Positions 51,212 through 59,788 of a DNA stretch of 64,000 nt are shown one piece after another. The notes below the pieces were generated by a model. It searched no databases. It saw only the letters and a list, made by a program, of their open reading frames with translations, and was not told the origin of the DNA. Source of the DNA: an uncultured Sphingobium sp. (lineage in GTDB: Bacteria; Pseudomonadota; Alphaproteobacteria; Sphingomonadales; Sphingomonadaceae); contig CAYLKZ010000006.1 of NCBI GenBank assembly GCA_964384275.1, positions 2,598 to 66,597 on the forward strand, read 5' to 3'. The position numbers and the translations under genes were made by a program. Positions within the stretch are counted from its first letter, which is position 1. The number at the start of each line of letters is the position of its first letter.

Positions 51212-51918
51212 GGCGCCACGACATCCCACTCGACTGGCCGATCTACGCCGTCGATCCGCCGCTCGTCATTGGCAGTCCACATCACCCATTTATGAGAGGC
51301 ATAATCGGGCGGAAAGAAATTTCCTTCCAGCCAAAGTGTGCGGTTTATGCCGCTGCTGACCTGATATTGCTGCTCCACTGCCTTGGAAATGCGGATGAGG
51401 GCGGGCTTTCCGCCATGCATCTCGATGACGTTGAGCAGGGTGTTCAGTTCCGACAAGATGGTGTCGCGACCCGGCTTGCCGGTGCAATTCTCGCCCGGCT
51501 GTACCCGCACCACCGGCGGCAGCGCGGCATTGTCGCGCGGCACGGTGGTGATGAAGAGGGTCGCCTGATCGCTCGCCTTCTTGCAGGGATCGAACACCAG
51601 TTCCGCGCCATAGCGCAGCCCGGCCTCCCGCGCCTGCGTCCAGTTCTCCGCGAAGTTCGTGTCGCGATGGTCGGTGCCGCTGGTGGCGCGGATATAAGCG
51701 AAATCGACATTCTGGGTGCGGACGGTGCGCCAGTCTATCGGTCCCTGATCGGCGGAAACGGACATGCCCTGCATCGGATATTCATCGGACGAAGGCGCCC
51801 AGTGCAGGGTATAGCGCCAGAGCACTCCGCCCGCCGCGACAATAAGAAGCAACAAGGCCAGCAGCCAGCGAAGCCGCACGGGCCATGTCCCGCCCTCGGT
51901 TCGAAATCCTACGCTCAT
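51208..51918 (-). CDS. Membrane-anchored glycoside hydrolase family 25 (lysozyme-like) protein with degenerate active site
   Basis: TM anchor; G..VS..QG.IDW, DFAYI.AT.G...D..F..NW..A..AG, DQA..FI..VP, LPP; catalytic D and DxE absent. Confidence 0.8.
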   Translation of the reverse strand: MSVGFRTEGGTWPVRLRWLLALLLLIVAAGGVLWRYTLHWAPSSDEYPMQGMSVSADQGPIDWRTVRTQNVDFAYIRATSGTDHRDTNFAENWTQAREAGLRYGAELVFDPCKKASDQATLFITTVPRDNAALPPVVRVQPGENCTGKPGRDTILSELNTLLNVIEMHGGKPALIRISKAVEQQYQVSSGINRTLWLEGNFFPPDYASHKWVMWTANDERRIDGVDRPVEWDVVAP

Positions 51919-52397
51919 TGCTTGATGTGCAGTACGCAGATGAGGGTGAACAGGCGGCGCGCGGTATCGAAATCGACCTCGATCTTGCCCTCCAGCCGTT
52001 CCATCAGCATTTCGGCGGCATGATTGTGGATGCCTCGGCGGGCCATGTCGATGGTCTCGATCTGCTGCGGCGATGCGTTGCGGATCGCCTGAAAATAGCT
52101 ATCGCAAATCGCGAAATATTCGCGGATCGGGCGGCGGAAGCGGGCCAGCCCCAGGATGATCGCTTCCAGCGGGCTGTCGTCCTCGCGGTGGATGGCGATG
52201 ACCAGCCGCCCTTCCTGGGTGCTGAGGCGAACGCGATAGGGGCCGCCATAGCCATCTGCATGATGCCGGGCAGGAGCGAAGTGATTTTCCTCCAGCAAAT
52301 CGAAAATGGCGATCCGCCGTTCCTGCTCGACATCGGCATTGCGCCAGATGATGCTCTGCTGGTCGAGTGAAATATCTATGATGCGGGGGTCGGCCAT
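51915..52397 (-). CDS. UPF0262 family protein
   Basis: DVEQERRIAIFDLLEEN.F, GPY, YF.IC.SY..AI, IETIDMARRGIHN, DTARRLFTLICVLH. Confidence 0.88.
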   Translation of the reverse strand: MADPRIIDISLDQQSIIWRNADVEQERRIAIFDLLEENHFAPARHHADGYGGPYRVRLSTQEGRLVIAIHREDDSPLEAIILGLARFRRPIREYFAICDSYFQAIRNASPQQIETIDMARRGIHNHAAEMLMERLEGKIEVDFDTARRLFTLICVLHIKQ

Positions 52398-52573
52398 CGT
52401 TCCCATGCACTGCGGCGAGCGGAAGGAAAGATCAAGGGGATATTGCGCCGCGGCGATGCGGGCGCGCGGGCAGTGCGCTCGGCTGGGCGCTTTGCTGTCA
52501 TTGGCCGAACGAACAAGAGGACCATGCAGGGATAGGGGTTGCAGAGCGGCCCTGTTGGCGCGAAAAGGGCGCC

Positions 52574-54088
52574 ATGGCTGAAGCATTGAAACTGGTCGAC
52601 GAAACGGCAGGCGCTGCGCGCGAACTTCCCCGGAATATCGAGGCGGAGGCGGCCCTGCTGGGCGCGCTGCTCATCGACAACCGAGTCGCCGAAGATGTGC
52701 AGATGAAGCTGAAGCCGGAGCATTTCTTCGAGCCGGTGCATGGCCGCATCTATGAAGCGATCCTGAAGCTGCTCGACCGCAATATGGTCGCCAGCCCGGT
52801 CACGCTGAAACCGATGCTGGATCAGGACCCGGCGCTCAAGGAACTGGGCGGCTCAGCCTATCTGGTCGAGCTGACGGCGAGCGGCGCCTCGCTCATCGGT
52901 GCGCGCGATTTCGCGGTGCAGGTGTACGATCTCGCCCTGTTGCGCCAGCTTGTCAGCGTCGGGCGGGAACTGGTGGAAAATGCCCTCGACACCAGCGAGG
53001 ATGTCGATCCGCGCGGGCAGATCGAAGCGGCCGAGGTCGCGCTCTACAAGGTGTCCGAAGGCGAGGGCGAGACGGGATCGGTCAAGAACTTCCTTCAGGC
53101 CTCGACCGTCGCGGTACAGGTGGCGGAGCGGGCGCTCAACAGCGGCGGCCATCTTTCCGGCATCACCACCGGCATCACGGCGCTCAACGAGAAGATCGGC
53201 GGCCTGCACAATAGCGATCTCATGATCCTTGCCGGGCGTCCGGGCATGGGCAAGACCTCGCTTGCCACCAACATCGCTTATAATGCGGCGGCGCGCTGGC
53301 TGCGCGACAATGCCGACGGCATCGCGCCGGAAAAGAATATGGGCGCCAAGACGGCCTTCTTTTCGCTCGAAATGTCGGCGGATCAGCTGGCGACGCGCGT
53401 GCTGGCCGAGCAATCCGGAATTTCCGGCGAGTCCCTGCGCATGGGCAAGATCAGTCGGGCGGAATTCCAGAACCTCTCCCGCGCCGCGAGGGAATTGCAG
53501 GAACTGCCGCTGTTCATCGACGATACGCCCGGCCTCACGATCGCGGCGCTGCGCACCCGCGCGCGCCGGTTGAAGCGGCGGCATGATATCGGCTTCATCG
53601 TCATCGACTATCTCCAGCTGCTTCAAGGCTCGGGCCGCGGCAATGATAATCGCGTCAATGAGATTTCGGAAATTTCGCGGGGTTTGAAGACGCTGGCGAA
53701 GGAGCTGAACGTCCCGGTGCTGGCGCTTTCCCAGCTTAGCCGCGCGGTGGAACAGCGCGAGGACAAGCGGCCGCAGCTTTCCGACCTTCGTGAATCGGGC
53801 TCGATCGAGCAGGACGCGGACATGGTATGGTTCGTGTTCCGAGAGGATTATTATGTCCAGTCCCGCGAGCCCAAGCGCCCGACCGAGGGCGACGACGCGA
53901 AGGTCCATGAGGATCACGCCAAATGGGCGATGGATATGGAGCGGGTCTTCGGCCTCGCCGAACTCATCGTCGCCAAGCAGCGTCACGGCGCCACCGGCAA
54001 GGTCCGCCTGAAATTCGACGCCAAGATCACGCGGTTCAGCGATCTGGCCGAAGGGGATTATCCGGGACCGGCGGATTATGAGGATTGA
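52574..54088 (+). CDS. dnaB: Replicative DNA helicase
   Basis: P.NIEAE..LLG, AGRPGMGKT, FSLEMS, IDYLQL, LSQLSR, DLRESGSIEQDAD, KQRHG; no intein. Confidence 0.97.
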   Translation: MAEALKLVDETAGAARELPRNIEAEAALLGALLIDNRVAEDVQMKLKPEHFFEPVHGRIYEAILKLLDRNMVASPVTLKPMLDQDPALKELGGSAYLVELTASGASLIGARDFAVQVYDLALLRQLVSVGRELVENALDTSEDVDPRGQIEAAEVALYKVSEGEGETGSVKNFLQASTVAVQVAERALNSGGHLSGITTGITALNEKIGGLHNSDLMILAGRPGMGKTSLATNIAYNAAARWLRDNADGIAPEKNMGAKTAFFSLEMSADQLATRVLAEQSGISGESLRMGKISRAEFQNLSRAARELQELPLFIDDTPGLTIAALRTRARRLKRRHDIGFIVIDYLQLLQGSGRGNDNRVNEISEISRGLKTLAKELNVPVLALSQLSRAVEQREDKRPQLSDLRESGSIEQDADMVWFVFREDYYVQSREPKRPTEGDDAKVHEDHAKWAMDMERVFGLAELIVAKQRHGATGKVRLKFDAKITRFSDLAEGDYPGPADYED

Positions 54089-54228
54089 TGAACCGAAGGC
54101 GCGCTGTCAGAGGGCTGGCTGGCTGGCTTGGAATTTCCAGATGATTTCCTGTCCCTTCCCGCCTTTCGTCCTTTAATATGGACGGGATATCCAGCAGAAA
54201 TGCTGGCGGACTGGTTTCCCAGCTATGG

Positions 54229-54263
54229 AAAAAGGCCCGGCTTGATGGCCGGGCCTTATGTTT
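54229..54263. terminator. Bidirectional terminator between dnaB and cysH
   Basis: aaaaaggcccggc-ttgatg-gccgggcctt-atgttt. Confidence 0.75.
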
Positions 54264-54281
54264 ATCCGACGGCGTGGAGCC

Positions 54282-55061
54282 TTAGAACGCCGGCTGGTTC
54301 GCCGGGTCTTCCGGGTCCGCTAGCGGTGTGGAGGCGGTGTGGATGCCGCATTCCACCTTGTCCCAGCCGCGCCAGCGGCCAGCGCGCGGGTCTTCACCCG
54401 GCAGCACCTTAGATGTGCAAGGCTCGCAGCCGATGGATAGATAGCCCTGCGCTTCCAGGGGATGGCGAGGCAGGTCATGCTCGCCGAAATAGGCTTCCAG
54501 ATCGTCCTTGGTCCAGTCGCCGAGCGGATTGATCTTTAGCCGCCCATCCTCGATCTCGAAGCGTGGGAGGTTCTGGCGCGTGACGGACTGGAACGCCTTG
54601 CGCCCGGAAATCCAGGCGTCGAGCCCGTGCTTGGCGCGGGCGAGCGGCTCCACCTTGCGGATTTCGCAGCAGCCATCGGGATCGAACGACCAGCGCAGGC
54701 CCTTGTCGTCCTTCTTCGCCAGCATTTCGGGGTCGGGCACCACCACGCGGCTGTCGGTCAGGCCAAGGGTAGTGACGAGCGTATCGCGATAGTCCAGCGT
54801 TTCCGGAAACATCTTCAGCGTATCGACGAAAATCACCGGCACAGTCGGATCGGCTTGCGCAACCAGATGCAGCAGCACCGCGCTTTCGGTGCCGAAAGAG
54901 GAAACGACCGCCACCTCGCCGAGCGACTTTTCCGCAAACAGGTCGCGCAACATGGTCTGGGTGTCGACCCCTTCGAAACGCGCATTGAGCGTGTCCGCGT
55001 CCGCCTGATCATAGGCGGCGCGGGCATCGATCAGGTCGATGTTGCGGGCGGCTTCGGTCAT
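54282..55061 (-). CDS. cysH: Adenylyl-sulfate (APS) reductase, CysH family with Fe-S motif
   Basis: SSFG.ES, DT...FPET, CCEIRKVEPL, SIGCEPCT, RAGRW, ECGIH. Confidence 0.93.
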   Translation of the reverse strand: MTEAARNIDLIDARAAYDQADADTLNARFEGVDTQTMLRDLFAEKSLGEVAVVSSFGTESAVLLHLVAQADPTVPVIFVDTLKMFPETLDYRDTLVTTLGLTDSRVVVPDPEMLAKKDDKGLRWSFDPDGCCEIRKVEPLARAKHGLDAWISGRKAFQSVTRQNLPRFEIEDGRLKINPLGDWTKDDLEAYFGEHDLPRHPLEAQGYLSIGCEPCTSKVLPGEDPRAGRWRGWDKVECGIHTASTPLADPEDPANQPAF

Positions 55062-55064
55062 GGT

Positions 55065-55496
55065 TCAGTTTACCTCATGCCGCTTGGCCCAGATCGGGCG
55101 GCGGCCATCCACGGATTTCTGATAGACGTCGGCATAGCGGGAGAGGCTGGCCTCCACCACCGCCGGGTCCAGCGCCTTGTTGGGCGCGAAGCTGTCGAAA
55201 CCGGAGCGCCGCATTGCGAAGAGCTGGTCCACCAATACGTCGCCGCTCGCGCGCAACTCGCCCTGATAACCCGCCTCGCGCAGGATGCGGGCCGAGGAAT
55301 AGCCGCGTCCGTCGCCAAAAGCCGGGAACGCCACCTCGACCAGTGCGATGCGATCGAGATGGGGCAGCAGCGCGCGCGCATCCTCGCCCGGTTCGATGCG
55401 GACGGCGGTGGCGTTGGACGCGCCGAGGAAATCCTCGATCGAAACGGGCGTTTCCTCGGTGGTGCCGCTCTCGCGGAAGTTCAGCAGATCAACCAT
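55065..55496 (-). CDS. DUF934 family protein (sulfite reduction-associated)
   Basis: FPAFGDGRGYSSARILRE.GY.GELRA.GDVLVDQL..MRRSGFDSF, YQ. Confidence 0.88.
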   Translation of the reverse strand: MVDLLNFRESGTTEETPVSIEDFLGASNATAVRIEPGEDARALLPHLDRIALVEVAFPAFGDGRGYSSARILREAGYQGELRASGDVLVDQLFAMRRSGFDSFAPNKALDPAVVEASLSRYADVYQKSVDGRRPIWAKRHEVN

Positions 55497-57135
55497 AGAT
55501 CGCCTCCTTGAACGGAGCCATGCCGAGACGGCGATAGGTGTCGAGGAACCGCTCGCCCTCCTGCCGCTGGGCCAGATAAAAATCGGTCGCCCGCTCGATC
55601 GCATCGACCACACCGTCCTCGGTGAAGCCCGGCCCGGTGATGGTGCCGACAGAGCAATCCTCCGCGCCCGAACCGCCGAGCGAGAGCTGATAATTTTCTG
55701 TGCCCTTCCGGTCCACGCCCAATATGCCGATATGCCCGGCATGGTGGTGGCCGCAGGCGTTGATGCAGCCGGAAATCTTCAGCTTCAACTCACCGATCTC
55801 ATGCTGCTTGTCGTTTGCGGCGAAGCGCGTGGCGATCTTCTGCGCCACCGGGATGGAACGCGCATTGGCAAGGCTGCAATAATCGAGGCCGGGGCACGCG
55901 ATCATGTCGGTGATCCGGTCGAGATTAGCGGTGCCCAGGCCCGCCGCGTCCAGTTGCTTCCACAGCGCGTAAAGGTCTGCCTTCTTCACGAAAGGCAGCA
56001 CGATGTTCTGCATATGGGTGACGCGCAGCTCATCGAGCGAATAGCGTTCGGCGAGGTCGGCCATCAGCTCGATCTGCTCGGCGGTCGCGTCGCCCGGTAT
56101 GCCGCCAATCGGCTTCAGGCTGATATTGGCGATGGCATAGCCCGGCTGCTTGTGGGCGGCGACATTGCGATCGAGCCACAGCGCGAAATCGGGGTCGGAG
56201 CGGTCGATCTCTTCGGAGAGGCCCGTTTCATAGGCGGGACCGGCGAAGAAGGCGCGGATGCGGTCCAACTCCTCGATCGGCGGCTGGATGCCCTGTTCGC
56301 GCATGTGGAGGAATTCCTCCTCGACCTGACGGCGATATTCGTCGACGCCCAGCTCATGGACGAGGATCTTGATCCGCGCCTTGTATTTATTGTCGCGGCG
56401 GCCATAGCGATTATAGACGCGCAGGCACGCCTCCAGATAGGCGACCAGCTCGTCGGTACCGATGAAATCGCGGATTTCCGGCGCAACCATCGGCGTGCGG
56501 CCCATGCCGCCGCCCGCGAACACCCGGCCGCCGATTTCCTTCGTGCCGTTCGGACCGTCGCGCTCCACCAGCTCTATGCCGATATCGTGCAGGCGCATCG
56601 CCGCGCGATCATTGGGGGAGGCGATTACGCAGATCTTGAACTTGCGCGGCAGATAGGTGAACTCCGGGTGGAAGCTCGACCATTGGCGCAGCAACTCGGC
56701 CCAGGGGCGCGGGTCTGCGATCTCGTCGGCCGCGACGCCCGCGAACTGATCCGAGCTGATGTTGCGGATGCAGTTGCCGCTGGTCTGGATCGCGTGCATT
56801 TCCACGGTCGCAAGCTCGGCGAGGATATCTGCGGCATCCTCCAGCTTGATCCAGTTATACTGGATGTTCTGGCGGGTGGTGAAATGGCCGTAGCCCTTGT
56901 CATATTTGCGCGCGATATGGCCCAGCATCCGCATCTGGCGCGAGGACAAGGTGCCATAGGGCACCGCGACGCGCAGCATATATGCATGAAGCTGGAGATA
57001 GAGGCCGTTCATCAGGCGCAGCGGCTTGAACTGGTCCTCGGTCATTTCCCCGGCGAGGCGGCGGCGAGCCTGATCGCGAAATTCCTCGACGCGGGCGTCG
57101 ACCATCGCCTGGTCATAGCTGTCGTAACGATACAT
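55489..57135 (-). CDS. cysI: Siroheme/Fe-S sulfite reductase hemoprotein (nitrite/sulfite reductase family)
   Basis: RLMNGLYLQLHAYMLRVA, TTRQNIQ, LPRKFK, GGGMGRTP, ACPGLDYCSLA, SGCINACGHH. Confidence 0.92.
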   Translation of the reverse strand: MYRYDSYDQAMVDARVEEFRDQARRRLAGEMTEDQFKPLRLMNGLYLQLHAYMLRVAVPYGTLSSRQMRMLGHIARKYDKGYGHFTTRQNIQYNWIKLEDAADILAELATVEMHAIQTSGNCIRNISSDQFAGVAADEIADPRPWAELLRQWSSFHPEFTYLPRKFKICVIASPNDRAAMRLHDIGIELVERDGPNGTKEIGGRVFAGGGMGRTPMVAPEIRDFIGTDELVAYLEACLRVYNRYGRRDNKYKARIKILVHELGVDEYRRQVEEEFLHMREQGIQPPIEELDRIRAFFAGPAYETGLSEEIDRSDPDFALWLDRNVAAHKQPGYAIANISLKPIGGIPGDATAEQIELMADLAERYSLDELRVTHMQNIVLPFVKKADLYALWKQLDAAGLGTANLDRITDMIACPGLDYCSLANARSIPVAQKIATRFAANDKQHEIGELKLKISGCINACGHHHAGHIGILGVDRKGTENYQLSLGGSGAEDCSVGTITGPGFTEDGVVDAIERATDFYLAQRQEGERFLDTYRRLGMAPFKEAIYG

Positions 57136-57139
57136 GGGT

Positions 57140-57427
57140 TCAGGCCTTCACGATGGGAATGTCAGCATTGATGGCAAGATCGAGACGCACGGTGGGGCCG
57201 CAGGCCCGGATGCGTTCCTTGATATGATCGGGCAGCGGGCCGGTCTCGGTCATCGTCGCATCGGTGATATAGGAGGCGTTGACGCGCCGCGCGGCTTCCT
57301 CGCGCGCCAGGATTTCCGCGCCTTCCTCCCCCGCATCGACGGCATCGGCAACATGGCGCGACCAGCCAGTGCCGGTCCACCAGATCACGTCGCCGGAGGC
57401 GAGGTCATTCCCGGTCAACAATTTCAC
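57140..57427 (-). CDS. DUF2849 family small protein
   Basis: KLLTGNDLASGDVIWW...GW, HIKERIRA.GPTV; GTG start overlapping the cobA stop. Confidence 0.8.
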   Translation of the reverse strand: MKLLTGNDLASGDVIWWTGTGWSRHVADAVDAGEEGAEILAREEAARRVNASYITDATMTETGPLPDHIKERIRACGPTVRLDLAINADIPIVKA

Positions 57428-58224
57428 GCAACAGTCTCCAAATGAGCGGCGCACAGCGCCTTTAATCCTTCAGGTTCGATCTGACGGACGACATCGCCGA
57501 CGACGATGAGGGCGGGGCTTTGCACCCGTTCCTCCGCGACGAGGCGGCCAAGATCGGCAAGATTGCTGACCAGCGCGCGGCTGTCCGCGCGGGTGCCCTT
57601 TTCCAGCACCGCGACCGGCATGGCGGGCGTGATGCCGTCAGCCATCAGCTTTTCGGCGATATCGGCGGCGGTCGCAACCCCCATGTAGATGACGAGCGTA
57701 CGATCATGCCCGGCAAGGCCCGCCCAATTCTGATCGGTGAGTCCCTTGCATTGCCCCGCGACGAAAGTGACGGCGCTCGACAGCCCGCGATGGGTGAGGG
57801 GCAGGCCCGCCTCGGCGGCGCAGCCGACCGCCGCGCTGATGCCCGGCACGACCTCGACCGGCACGCCGGCGTCGCGGCAGGCTTCCTGTTCCTCGCCGCC
57901 GCGGCCGAAGATGAACGGATCGCCGCCCTTCAGGCGCACCACGTCGCGGCCCTTGAGTGCCTCGCGCACCAGCAGGGCGTTGATCTGGTCCTGCGGCATC
58001 GAGTGGCGCGAACGCTGCTTGGCGACGGAGACAAGCTCCGCCGAAGGGGAGATCATCGACAGGATTTCATCCGCGACCAGCCCGTCATGCACGACCAGCC
58101 CGGCGGTGGCGAGCAGGCGCGCGGCGCGCAGGGTCAGCAGCTCCGGATCGCCCGGCCCGGCACCGACCAGATGGACGGTGCCGACGCTGCCCGTCTTGGG
58201 AAAGGATGATGCATTGATTGCCAT
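57424..58224 (-). CDS. cobA: Uroporphyrinogen-III C-methyltransferase (CobA / CysG methyltransferase domain only)
   Basis: LVGAGPGDPELLTL, RLKGGDPFIFGRGGEE, VPGISAA, LTHRG, YMG, ALIVVGDVV. Confidence 0.92.
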   Translation of the reverse strand: MAINASSFPKTGSVGTVHLVGAGPGDPELLTLRAARLLATAGLVVHDGLVADEILSMISPSAELVSVAKQRSRHSMPQDQINALLVREALKGRDVVRLKGGDPFIFGRGGEEQEACRDAGVPVEVVPGISAAVGCAAEAGLPLTHRGLSSAVTFVAGQCKGLTDQNWAGLAGHDRTLVIYMGVATAADIAEKLMADGITPAMPVAVLEKGTRADSRALVSNLADLGRLVAEERVQSPALIVVGDVVRQIEPEGLKALCAAHLETVA

Positions 58225-58338
58225 GTTGGGCAGATGATGCTTTCGGCCTCGCGCCGCAACGCAAAATCTTTTGAAAGGGCAGAAGTTAATCTTTGCTGGG
58301 CGGAAAAACCTTGCTTGCGCCCTGATCCTGCAATCCGC

Positions 58339-59778
58339 CTAGTCGCCCATTCCGCTGGTGTCGATGGGCGCAAGGCCGGTGATGATGGCGCCGCGCAGAT
58401 GCTCGTCCTCGGTGGAGGCGACCGGATAGGCGCAATAATCGGCCGCATACCAGGCGCTTGGCCTGTGGTTGCCGGAAAGGCCGACGCCGCCAAAGGGCGC
58501 GGTGGAGGGGGCGCCGTTGGTCGGGCGGTTCCAGTTGACGATGCCCGCGCGGATCTGCGTCCAGAACTGGTCATATTGTTCCGGGCTGCCGCCCAGCAGC
58601 GAGGCGGACAGGCCATAACGGGTGGCGTTGCACTCGCGGATCGCTTCCTCGAAATCGCCGACCTGCACGATCTGGAGCAGCGGGCCGAAAAATTCACGGT
58701 CCGGCCGCTCGGTCGCCATGGTCATGTCGATGATGGCGGGCGCAACGAAGGGCCGTTCTCCCTGCGGGCGCTTCATGTGCAATAGGGGGCGCCCGCCCCG
58801 CTCCAGCAGCGCAAGGAATCCCTCTGTCAGCGCGTCGGCGGCCTCCATATCGATCACTGGCCCCATATAGGGGGCAGGATCGGCATGGGGATGGTCGATG
58901 ATGAGGCGGCTCGTCAGCTTGCGCAGTTCGGCGATGATCGGCGCGGCGAGACTGTCGCGCACGATCAGCCGCCGCGCGCAGGTGCAGCGCTGTCCCGCCG
59001 AAAGAAAGGCCGACTGGACGATGAGGGTGGCCGCGCTCGCAAGGTCCGGCGTATCCCAGAGCAGGATCGGGTTGTTGCCGCCCATTTCCAGCGCGACGAT
59101 CTTTTCCGGATGAGCGGCGAGCGCCCGATTGATCGCTATGCCGGTGCGCGCGGAGCCGGTGAACAGCACCCCGTCTATGCCCGGATGCAGCACCAGCGAC
59201 TTGCCCTGATCCGGCCCACCGTTGACGAGGCGGACGATATCCTCGGGCACGCCCGCCTCATGATAGCAGGCGACCAGCATTTCCGCCGTCGCGGGGGTCT
59301 TTTCGGAAGGCTTGAACACCACCGCATTGCCCGCGATCAGCGCCGGGACGATATGCCCGTTGGGCAGATGGGCGGGGAAATTATAGGGGCCGAGCACGGC
59401 AAGGACGCCATGAGGCTTGTGCCGCAGCCGTTGCCGTTCCCCCAATGCGCCTTCAAGAGTGCGCTGGCCGGTGCGCTCGGAATAGGCGCTGATAGAAATA
59501 TCGACCTTGTTGACGACGGCGGCGACTTCGGTTCGCGCTTCCCAGAGCGGTTTGCCGGTTTCCCGCGCGATCAAATCCGCCAGCGCGTCTTCCCTGGCCC
59601 GCACCACATTGGCGAAACGGCGCAGCGTCTCCATGCGGTAGGTGACGGGCTGACCCGCCCAATGGTGCCAGGCCGAGGCGGCGCGCTCCACCTCCCGGCC
59701 GACATCATGACATGCCCCTTCCCAGAGAAGGGCGCCGGTGGCGGGCTCGAAGGATTGAAGCATATCGACCATCGCCAT
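58339..59778 (-). CDS. astD: Succinylglutamate-semialdehyde dehydrogenase (ALDH family)
   Basis: ETGKPLWEA.TEV, GPYNFPAHLPNGHIVPAL, LEMGGNNP, SAGQRCTCARR, EFFGPLL, SGNHRPSAWYAADYCAYP. Confidence 0.88.
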   Translation of the reverse strand: MAMVDMLQSFEPATGALLWEGACHDVGREVERAASAWHHWAGQPVTYRMETLRRFANVVRAREDALADLIARETGKPLWEARTEVAAVVNKVDISISAYSERTGQRTLEGALGERQRLRHKPHGVLAVLGPYNFPAHLPNGHIVPALIAGNAVVFKPSEKTPATAEMLVACYHEAGVPEDIVRLVNGGPDQGKSLVLHPGIDGVLFTGSARTGIAINRALAAHPEKIVALEMGGNNPILLWDTPDLASAATLIVQSAFLSAGQRCTCARRLIVRDSLAAPIIAELRKLTSRLIIDHPHADPAPYMGPVIDMEAADALTEGFLALLERGGRPLLHMKRPQGERPFVAPAIIDMTMATERPDREFFGPLLQIVQVGDFEEAIRECNATRYGLSASLLGGSPEQYDQFWTQIRAGIVNWNRPTNGAPSTAPFGGVGLSGNHRPSAWYAADYCAYPVASTEDEHLRGAIITGLAPIDTSGMGD

Positions 59779-59788
59779 GGGCTATGCC

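Noticed and set aside
58240-58320. AT-rich repeats upstream of cobA as a CysB-like LysR site
   Set aside because: Plausible from context, but no convincing consensus can be read by eye.
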